Source of the DNA: Bacteroidaceae bacterium
GTDB lineage: Bacteria; Bacteroidota; Bacteroidia; Bacteroidales; Bacteroidaceae
NCBI GenBank assembly: GCA_017425985.1
Contig: JAFOWI010000228.1
Location: 1-38,477 of the forward strand
Direction: 5' to 3'
Length of the DNA: 38,477 nt
The notes beneath the pieces are model-generated. The model saw nothing but the letters and a program-made list of their open reading frames with translations. It did no database searches and was not told where the DNA came from. A program made the translations under genes and the position numbers. Shown here piece after piece: positions 1 to 7,583 of the stretch; the first letter of the stretch is position 1; each line of letters starts with the position of its first letter.

Positions 1-1330
1 GCTTTAGAATCCCTGCTTTTTTCATCAGAGCAAGATCTCGTTCTACTGTACGTGTAGTCACCGACAAAGTCTCCGACATTTGTTTCGCAGAAATTGTCGG
101 TAGCTCTTTAATTAGATTGAGTATTTTATGTTGACGCTCAGTAAGTTTCGTCTCCGACATGTCACCGACAAAGTCTCCGACATTCTGGTTATCGGACGAT
201 GCAAAAATAATAGTTTGAAACTGTGTTGGCGTGGACTTGAATACAGGCTTTAACTCATCTTTGTATCCATCCAACGCTTGAGTTTCATTGCATATACGAG
301 TGAGACCACTTCCTCGTTTCTCCATGTAATCAAGTTGAGCCATTACATTTGCAAGTATCGGATTTCGTCGTTCTGAAGAAACGTCAGCAATATCAAGATC
401 CTGAATGAGCAGGCCATTATACATTCCACCAGGAGAAGTAACAGTCAGACGGTCATCATAAATGTCAATATGAACTTCGCCTCCCATAATAGTATAGTCA
501 CGATGAATAAAATGATTGACCATTGCTTCAAGAACCGCACGTTCCGCATACTCAGGCTTGTTTTTACGGCCATTAGGCAATTTTTCCCAACCCTTTTTTG
601 TGTTTGATTTTACAAAGTTCATGGCTTCGCGAAGAAGCATGAGGACATTGCCTGTAAACTCTGCATCGTTGATGGCATCGCCCTTTCCCTTTCCATCCCA
701 TCGTGTGCAGTATAGGCGAGATTGCCACAATGGGCAGTCATCGGCAAACAGTGCGCCTGCATTCGTAAGGTTCCCTGCACCTGTTACAAGACCAAACGAT
801 AATAAGTACTTCTTGTCCCATTCTTGTTTGGTGCGGTCTTTGAAAGTATTTGCTAATATCGTGAAAGCATAGTCTTCAACCTTATAATCCGTGTGAAGGG
901 AATCGTAGGTTTTATTAGAACCTTTCAGTACCAAACGTACCATTTGCTCTGCCGTGGCCGGAAGGCTCTCATCACCAACACGGACAAAGGCAATGCGCTG
1001 ACCATCACCAACGTAGTAATATGGTGTGTAATGCCCTGCATTGACTTTGAGCTGTAAAATATGTAAGCCATCTACATCATGAGGAATCATTTCCACCTCT
1101 GGCAGGGGATCCATGTAATCACGAATCTTACTACTGATAGCTTCGCAAACATGCTGTACATCATCGAGACCTTTGACGAGGCCATTGTTATCTATACCGA
1201 AGAAAAGGGAACCACCTAAGCCGTTGGCAAAAGCGCTTACGCTCTTCAACCAACTTTTAGGTTTCTTTTCTTCAAGCATCAACTTGAAATCGTATGCAGT
1301 ACATTCTGCTATCAAAGTATTTAATTCCAT
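1..1330 (-). CDS. AlbA_2 (Schlafen-like) + HATPase_c_4 + C-terminal HTH protein (often annotated as RecG-like ATP-binding protein or regulator); 3' end runs off the window
   Basis: Absent from the ORF track (no stop in the window). Manual translation from ATG at 1330: MELNTLIAECTAYDFKLMLEEKKPKSWLKSVSAFANGLGGSLFFGIDNNG (AlbA_2 'SAFAN-GG-L-G-D' motif). Internal 'REALVN..HRDY'-like segment near 500-540. C-terminal LTERQHKILNLIKELPTISAKQMSETLSVTTRTVERDL is a winged HTH. Confidence 0.85.
   Translation of the reverse strand, partial: MELNTLIAECTAYDFKLMLEEKKPKSWLKSVSAFANGLGGSLFFGIDNNGLVKGLDDVQHVCEAISSKIRDYMDPLPEVEMIPHDVDGLHILQLKVNAGHYTPYYYVGDGQRIAFVRVGDESLPATAEQMVRLVLKGSNKTYDSLHTDYKVEDYAFTILANTFKDRTKQEWDKKYLLSFGLVTGAGNLTNAGALFADDCPLWQSRLYCTRWDGKGKGDAINDAEFTGNVLMLLREAMNFVKSNTKKGWEKLPNGRKNKPEYAERAVLEAMVNHFIHRDYTIMGGEVHIDIYDDRLTVTSPGGMYNGLLIQDLDIADVSSERRNPILANVMAQLDYMEKRGSGLTRICNETQALDGYKDELKPVFKSTPTQFQTIIFASSDNQNVGDFVGDMSETKLTERQHKILNLIKELPTISAKQMSETLSVTTRTVERDLALMKKAGILK
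57..184. repeat. Exact 24-bp direct repeat GTCACCGACAAAGTCTCCGACATT (57-80, 161-184) inside the AlbA gene
   Basis: Seen directly; offset 104 bp; an extra partial unit GTCTCCGACAT at 150-160. Confidence 0.9.
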
Positions 1331-1752
1331 TTTATATGACTTACCAAATATTGATTCTTGTTTTTACCTTGCAAAGGTACTCATTTGTTATCGAAAGTAA
1401 GGCATTTGTTTACCGTTTCGCGCGTGCTTTAAGCAATTTTTTTCAAAAACAAGGCTGTGTTATAACAAAAAATGATTTTGCATAAACTTTCTGTTTTTTG
1501 ATAAAGGGAGGATAAACAAATTGAATACGAATATATGAATCTACTCAAATATAAAAGCATCTTCTTCATAAAATAAACAGTTTAACCTAACATTTGGGAT
1601 ATAGAATAATACAAAATCTCTTCAAAAACCATGATTCAACAATAAATTCTGTTAAATAAATACTAATTGTTTGGTTGAATCGAAAGAAAAGACTTTCTTT
1701 GCACTGAAATCAATAGATAATATTGTTAATACGTATCTAAAATAGTTGTATT

Positions 1753-2115
1753 ATGGAGAAACTTACAAGCAAAGAAGAAGAAGTGATGGAGCTGATTTGG
1801 CAACTTGGCCAGTGCGCCCCGAAGGATGTTTCATCGCTCTATCCCAAACCTCAGCCCAGCGCAAATGCCATTGCCCAGGTGTTTCAGGCACTGGAGAAGA
1901 AAGGTTACCTGACGCATGAACCGAAGGGGCGTGGCTTTGTCTATCGGCCTATCGTGGACAAACAGGCATACGGAAGAGGAAGGTTGTCGAGTGTTATCAA
2001 TCGCTTCTTCAGTGACTCGTATATGAGTGTAGTGTCGGCACTGATGCAGGAGGAAAAGGTAACCGAGGCAGATTTGCTTCAATATCTTGCCGACCTAAAG
2101 CGTAAGGAAGGCTGA
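1753..2115 (+). CDS. BlaI/MecI/CopY family transcriptional repressor
   Basis: MEKLTSKEEEVMELIW...LEKKGYL....GRGFVYRP pattern, 120 aa, immediately upstream of an M56 peptidase. Confidence 0.92.
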   Translation: MEKLTSKEEEVMELIWQLGQCAPKDVSSLYPKPQPSANAIAQVFQALEKKGYLTHEPKGRGFVYRPIVDKQAYGRGRLSSVINRFFSDSYMSVVSALMQEEKVTEADLLQYLADLKRKEG

Positions 2116-2118
2116 CGC

Positions 2119-3240
2119 ATGGCTACATTCATTATCTATGCCATCCGATGGGCGGTGACACTGACGCTGCTCTACTCGCTCTACAGGCTCTTGCTCCAAC
2201 GCGAAACGTTTCACCGTCTGAATCGTGCCGTTCTGCTGGCAATCCTTGTGGTGAGTCCGCTGCTGCCGCTCATACCGCTGCATACAGATGAGCCGACAAC
2301 CTTTGATGAGGTACTTGCCAAAATTGAGGGGTCGTTGCTTAGCCTGCCAACTTCTGAGAGTGTTGCAGAAGATACTCTTCTTGCACAAGAAGACGAGAAT
2401 GCAGCATCGGGGATTTGGGTACGATATTGTGCGTATATATACATAATAGGCATTGCCGTCGCGCTCACCTTTTACCTGTTCCGGCTATTGACTCTAGTAC
2501 GCATCTTACGTCGCTGTCAACGCATATCACATCCGATAATTCCGAAAGATGTTCATCTTATGCTGGACATGAGAATCAAACAGCCCAGCAGCTGGATGTA
2601 TTGGATTTTCATTGACCCTATAGACTTGAAGCAGAACGCTGACGCTGTACTCAGACACGAACTGGCACATGTGAGGATGGGGCATTCGTGGGACTTGATT
2701 CTCTGCGACCTCACGTGCCACATGCTATGGTGTCTGCCCTTTGTCTGGATGTTACGGCAAGACTTGGTGGATGTGCACGAGTTTCAGGCAGACGAAGCTG
2801 TATTGCAAGGTGGCGTGACGCTGGAAGACTACGAGCACCTATTAGTACGCAAAGCAGTGCAGACACGGATTCTGCCCATTATGAACACTTTACGCCGTGG
2901 AGCCGTGAAGAAACGCTTCGCCATGATGTACAGCGGTCGTTCGTCGCGGTGGTCACGGCTCAAGTTGTTGTATCTGGCTCCAGCCCTCGCGGCCTGCCTA
3001 TGGGTGTCTGCCCAAGCCGAGGTGTACAAGACATATCTCAACGGAAAACTCGTTGAACAAAAGGAGTTGGAGGTTGTTGATCCAAACACCATCAAGCATG
3101 TAACTGTGATTCATAGTCAAAAAATGGTGGTGGTAGAGACAGAAATGTCTGGGATTGACACGACAGTCTTTCAACCTATTGCCTTACCGGAAGATACATC
3201 TTTTACCGATGTTCTAAGGCATGACAACTCTGAATCATAG
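2119..3240 (+). CDS. M56 family metallopeptidase (BlaR1/MecR1-like signal transducer) with a short C-terminal domain
   Basis: N-terminal TM helices, 'RETFHRLNR', HELAH zinc motif, 'VHEFQADEAV', 'KKRF.MM' motif. The C-terminal YLNGK..V....VDPNTIKHVTVI resembles a plug-like repeat. Confidence 0.92.
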   Translation: MATFIIYAIRWAVTLTLLYSLYRLLLQRETFHRLNRAVLLAILVVSPLLPLIPLHTDEPTTFDEVLAKIEGSLLSLPTSESVAEDTLLAQEDENAASGIWVRYCAYIYIIGIAVALTFYLFRLLTLVRILRRCQRISHPIIPKDVHLMLDMRIKQPSSWMYWIFIDPIDLKQNADAVLRHELAHVRMGHSWDLILCDLTCHMLWCLPFVWMLRQDLVDVHEFQADEAVLQGGVTLEDYEHLLVRKAVQTRILPIMNTLRRGAVKKRFAMMYSGRSSRWSRLKLLYLAPALAACLWVSAQAEVYKTYLNGKLVEQKELEVVDPNTIKHVTVIHSQKMVVVETEMSGIDTTVFQPIALPEDTSFTDVLRHDNSES

Positions 3241-3286
3241 GCTGTAGTAACTATTATCTTTCAATCTTATTGAATTAACTACATAG

Positions 3287-3493
3287 TCCGCCATAACGAA
3301 AAAGACAACGGAGGCGAAGCTCATCAAGATGCGCATAAAATCAATTGGCAACAGGCTCTACCTGAAGAATCCTATGTATTACGTTGGCGACCTCAGCACT
3401 GCCAACGTGACCCACGGCACCGAGGGAATGATAGTCAACAACGTGTATGTGAATAATAAGACACATGAGTACCAGCCGCTGGAATTGAAGTAA
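3287..3493 (+). pseudogene. 3' remnant of a GLPGLI-family gene
   Basis: Frame translates AITKKTTEAKLIKMRIKSIGNRLYLKNPMYYVGDL...NKTHEYQPLELK*, which aligns with the C-terminus of the downstream GLPGLI protein (YAKLLKHKNEIYGNREYAKKPTYYVPDL...TKAHVYQPLEQ*). In-frame TAG at 3284-3286, no N-terminal part. Confidence 0.8.
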
Positions 3494-3514
3494 ACCCATA
3501 AAACATTTATCAAC

Positions 3515-4348
3515 ATGAAGAAGATTTTAGTAACAATGACGGTCTTAGTGCTGACGATAGCAGCGCAAGGGCAAACAGAGACAGTTGACACGGCGCAGTT
3601 TGTGGCAGTGTACGACTACGAGTGTAGAACACAGAACGACGAGGCAGCATCCGTCACGGACAGGATGCAGGTCGTGGTACAAGTAGGACGGACAGTAACG
3701 AAGTCGATGCCCCGCTCGGTCTATCCTGTGTATGACGACGAATCAAGACCCGATGTAGCAGCAGAATTCCAAGAGGCTCTGATGCACATGCCGACGGTGT
3801 GGATGGGCTTACCCACAGGACAGACCACCATGCGCGAATTCATCTTCCCGCATGAGTATGAGGGCTATGAGCCAACACCCGACATCACATGGACGCTCAC
3901 TGACGATACGCTGACCGTCAGCGGCTATCTCTGCCAACAGGCTATGGCAACATTCCGAGGTTTGGAGTGGCATGTATGGTACACCGAGGAGATTCCTTCG
4001 TCGGCAGGGCCGTGGCGGTTGCGTGGTCTGCCAGGGCTGATAGTCAAGGCGGAGAATCAGGCACATACGTTCTGCCTTGCGGGGCTACGAATGGAGGCAT
4101 CACCCATCACAGCCCCAGAGCAAAACCCCGAAGTGCACAGGATGAAGTACGCCAAGCTGTTGAAGCACAAGAACGAGATTTATGGCAACCGCGAATATGC
4201 CAAGAAACCCACATACTATGTACCTGACCTCCAGGGCAGCATCACAGATATGAGCGTTCTCAACCGAAACGGACAGCAACTTCTCCTTGCCAATGGCGGC
4301 CACCCGCTGCTGACAAAGGCGCATGTATATCAACCGCTGGAGCAGTGA
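3515..4348 (+). CDS. GLPGLI family protein (exported)
   Basis: Signal peptide; W.LT.DT.T..GY.CQ.A...FRG..W..WYTEEIP...GPW.L.GLPGLI motif. Confidence 0.95.
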   Translation: MKKILVTMTVLVLTIAAQGQTETVDTAQFVAVYDYECRTQNDEAASVTDRMQVVVQVGRTVTKSMPRSVYPVYDDESRPDVAAEFQEALMHMPTVWMGLPTGQTTMREFIFPHEYEGYEPTPDITWTLTDDTLTVSGYLCQQAMATFRGLEWHVWYTEEIPSSAGPWRLRGLPGLIVKAENQAHTFCLAGLRMEASPITAPEQNPEVHRMKYAKLLKHKNEIYGNREYAKKPTYYVPDLQGSITDMSVLNRNGQQLLLANGGHPLLTKAHVYQPLEQ

Positions 4349-4490
4349 GAGCAAAGCCATACTTGTTTGAGCTTTGCCGAATTACGACTGCGGAAGACGA
4401 AGTCAGCCATTGGAAGTCTGCGAGTAAGTGAGAGCAGAGCGATGCTTGCATCAGCTCAGCCGAGCGTGAGCAGATTCGACTGAAGGTAAA
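4345..4490. repeat. Two degenerate tandem copies of a GTGAGAGCARAGC...GCCGA...GAAG REP-like palindromic element
   Basis: Copies begin at ~4345 and ~4429. Hairpin GCAAAGC..GCTTTGC at 4351-4377. Overlaps the GLPGLI stop codon. Confidence 0.55.
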
Positions 4491-4504
4491 TTAGAATAAG
4501 ACAA

Positions 4505-7105
4505 ATGAAACGACTCTTATACATTATATTATATATGGTGCTGGCAGCGTCGGCATCGGCACAGGTAAATGTGACGGGACGGGTGATAGACCTGCAGCAG
4601 AAGCCCGTGAGTAACGTGATTGTGAAACTGGTGAGCGGCAGCAAGACGCTGGCGTTCACCAGCAGTAACGCGCAGGGTGTGTATAGCCTTGAAGTCAAGA
4701 ATGCGCCCAGCGGCGAGGTGACGCTACAGTTCACCCATATCAGCTATGAGAAGGAGTCGGAACGGGTGACGCTGAAGGAGCGGGTGACGAAGATGGACAT
4801 GATTCTCACTCCGAAGGAAGTTTTGCTGAAGGAGGTGACGGTGAAGCCCGACCCGCTGCGGCAGAGGGGCGACACGCTGAGCCACAACCTCGCGTCGTTC
4901 CTCGGAAAGGGCGACGTGACGCTGGAGGACGGACTGAAACGGTTGCCGGGCGTGGACGTGGCGCAGAGCGGGGCCATCAGCTACATGGGCAAGCCCATCT
5001 CGCAATTCAACATCGAGGGGCTGGACATGCTGGGCGGCAAGTACAACCTGGCGACGAGCAACATACCGGCGGACTATGTGACGCAGGTGGAGATAGTGCG
5101 CAACCACCACAGCCGACGGGTGGAGCGCGACGTGCCGAGCAACGAGGTGTCGATGAACATCCGGCTGTCGAAGAAGGCGAAGCTGAAGCCGTTCGGACAG
5201 GAAGAGGCAGGCGCTGGATATATGGAGGACGGCAACGATAGGCTCCAAACCTTGCTTGGCGTAACGGGCATGATGTTCACCGACAAGTTTCAGACCATCT
5301 GCTCGCTGAAGGGTGGTAACTACAAGAGCTTCGCACGGGCAGACATGATAGACCACTTCGGCGGTTCGGACGTGAGCACCCGCGCCACGAGCCTCTTTGG
5401 CGGCTTCGACGGTGGTGCGCCTCCGCAGGGGCAGTACCTCTACCAGCGCAACGGCATGGCGACGGTAAACGGCATCCTGCGCACGGACTCGTTCACGACC
5501 ATGAAGGTGAACGCGGACTACAGCTACCACCGCGCCACGCACGACATCAGCCAGAGCACGACGTACCTGGCCGATGGCGGCAAATATGTGACCGTGAGCG
5601 AACAGACATCGCCGCTGACGATGATTCATCTGCCGAAGCTGTCGGTGAACTACGTGAAGAACGCCGACCGCGTGTATCTCAGCGAGACGTTTGTGCTGAA
5701 GGGGAAGTTTGAGCAGAATGAGGGGGATGTGCTGGCAAACGGCTCGCTGGTGGAGCAGCGGAGGAAGACATCTTCGTTTGAGGTGGGCAACGACTTGTTC
5801 TGGATGGGCAGGACGGAGAAAGGCACTCGCCGACATGTCAATGCGTCGGTGTCGTTCAAAAGGACGCCGACATTGCGGTTGTCTTTCGTGAACGACGGAC
5901 AGGGCTACGGGCAGACGGCGCAGTCGTCAACCCTCTCGATGAACGTCGGTTCGTCGTTCAACATCCCCATCGGCAAGGTGTTCAGGCTCAGTCTGCCTGT
6001 CAAGGTGAGCGCGATGTATGATGATGTGGAAACGAACCGCGTGGCGACGGGAGAAGTGAACGACATTCGCGGTTGGTCATTCATGCCCAGCGTCAACCCC
6101 GGCTTCGAGATTCATTCACGCAACCGCCGCTTCTACCTCAGTGCCGGACTGGGGGCCGCACTGAAGGGACTATACTATAATAGGCTCAACTACACGAAGC
6201 CCGTGCTCAATCCCTCGATGGGCATCAACTACACATTCTCTGCCAACAGCAAGCTACAGTTCTCGACGGGCTACACGACGCAGATAGGCGACATGATGAC
6301 GCTGCTGACGGAGTCAATGCAGGTGGACTACCGCTCGGTGTGCACCTCGTCGGGCATCATCGGCGAGTCGAACTCATGGTATACGTCGGGCGACTGGAAG
6401 TGGCAACTGCCCATGCAGTACTTCACGTTGAGCCTCGCCGCTAGCCACAGCGAGGGCAAGCGCAACACGCTCTATTCACAGAGTGTTAGCGGTATAGACA
6501 TCAGCAGCTCTGCCCTGCAACGCGACACCCGCAGCCGCTCCACCAACTTCTCCGTCAGCAGCACAAAGAATTTCCCTTCTATATTCACCAAACTCGGGGC
6601 AGATGCCGCGTATGGTTTCAGCGACAGCGAACAGGCAATTTCCTCCCCTACGGGGGGAGGTCAGGAGGGGGCTAACATCATCAAGGTGCGCTCCAAAAAC
6701 TACAACCTCCACGGCAATGCCTCCGTCACCCCCATCCAGTGGCTCGAACTGCGCTACGATATCCGCTATGGTTGGTCGCGTTCCCGCTATTCCGAGGAAA
6801 GCAATACTGTCACCTCCCTCACCCATAGCGGAGCCATCCACATATTCCCCATCGCCACCCTCGACCTCTCCTTAGACTACGACCATGTGCGCCGCCAGAT
6901 CACCACCGACCAATACAAGCGCATGTCCCTCTTCAATGCCTCGGCGCAGTACAAGTGGAAGAAATGCGTTCTCCGCCTGGAACTCACCAACCTCCTGAAC
7001 CAGCGCAGCTACGCCTACACCCTCTTCGACGGCATCAACACCTACACCTACGACTACGCCCTCTGCGGTCGCACCGCAATGCTGAGACTGACATTTAAAT
7101 TGTAA
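4505..7105 (+). CDS. Outer-membrane beta-barrel protein with N-terminal carboxypeptidase-regulatory-like domain (GLPGLI-associated, TonB-receptor-like)
   Basis: Signal peptide; 'V.GRVID....P......V' N-domain; 'GDTL.HN...TLED.LKRLPGV.V...G.I.Y.GKPI..F.IEG.D..GG.Y.LAT.NI' motif; C-terminal 'GR....RLTFKL' barrel terminus. Confidence 0.88.
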   Translation: MKRLLYIILYMVLAASASAQVNVTGRVIDLQQKPVSNVIVKLVSGSKTLAFTSSNAQGVYSLEVKNAPSGEVTLQFTHISYEKESERVTLKERVTKMDMILTPKEVLLKEVTVKPDPLRQRGDTLSHNLASFLGKGDVTLEDGLKRLPGVDVAQSGAISYMGKPISQFNIEGLDMLGGKYNLATSNIPADYVTQVEIVRNHHSRRVERDVPSNEVSMNIRLSKKAKLKPFGQEEAGAGYMEDGNDRLQTLLGVTGMMFTDKFQTICSLKGGNYKSFARADMIDHFGGSDVSTRATSLFGGFDGGAPPQGQYLYQRNGMATVNGILRTDSFTTMKVNADYSYHRATHDISQSTTYLADGGKYVTVSEQTSPLTMIHLPKLSVNYVKNADRVYLSETFVLKGKFEQNEGDVLANGSLVEQRRKTSSFEVGNDLFWMGRTEKGTRRHVNASVSFKRTPTLRLSFVNDGQGYGQTAQSSTLSMNVGSSFNIPIGKVFRLSLPVKVSAMYDDVETNRVATGEVNDIRGWSFMPSVNPGFEIHSRNRRFYLSAGLGAALKGLYYNRLNYTKPVLNPSMGINYTFSANSKLQFSTGYTTQIGDMMTLLTESMQVDYRSVCTSSGIIGESNSWYTSGDWKWQLPMQYFTLSLAASHSEGKRNTLYSQSVSGIDISSSALQRDTRSRSTNFSVSSTKNFPSIFTKLGADAAYGFSDSEQAISSPTGGGQEGANIIKVRSKNYNLHGNASVTPIQWLELRYDIRYGWSRSRYSEESNTVTSLTHSGAIHIFPIATLDLSLDYDHVRRQITTDQYKRMSLFNASAQYKWKKCVLRLELTNLLNQRSYAYTLFDGINTYTYDYALCGRTAMLRLTFKL

Positions 7106-7173
7106 AGCAGTTAAAGACAACATAAAGAAGATTAGTTAAACAAAGTAATTATTGTTCAAGACCTATTGGCAAC

Positions 7174-7206
7174 CAAGAGGGTGTGTCAAACTGGCACACC
7201 CTCTTG
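7174..7206. terminator. CAAGAGGGTGTG-N9-CACACCCTCTTG hairpin (IS1182-end-like family; probable terminator for the barrel gene)
   Basis: Perfect 12-bp stem; same core as the hairpins at 25576, 30867 and 31210. Confidence 0.75.
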
Positions 7207-7244
7207 TACTACAAAGATACAACATTTTCGGGCGAAATCCAAAT
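7205..7244 (-). promoter_or_regulatory. Repeated promoter module copy A (TTTG-N20-TATCTTTG)
   Basis: Matches the Bacteroidetes -33/-7 consensus; near-identical 40-mers at 19130-19169 and 37185-37224. Confidence 0.7.
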
Positions 7245-7583
7245 CTGCTTTGATTCATGTTTTATCAGTATTTATCTGCTTTACTGTCGCAAATTCTTAC
7301 CCTCCAGTGTTGCATTTTTAAAGGAAACTTCAACAACGGGATGCTCTCTGCGAAGAACGGGATTTGAACACTTCTTAACTCTGCGCCCAGCTTCATCCAG
7401 CATACAAAAGAAACTCCCGAATATTTTCGTGAAAAATATGAAAACATTAGGGAGTCGCTTATTCTTCAGCAAAACGATGAACGAGTAGCTTGCCAACAAA
7501 AATAATCGGCTTTCGAGTCAAACTATTTCGTTTACTTGTCAACTCATCAACTTGCTTGCTTGATCTGCCAACCAACAATCGCT

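Noticed and set aside
516-1485. Small + strand ORFs
   Set aside because: Antisense to the AlbA_2 gene or within its promoter region.
3281-3291. ACATAGTCCGC match to the MITE core at the GLPGLI deletion junction
   Set aside because: Only 11 bp; too short to support.
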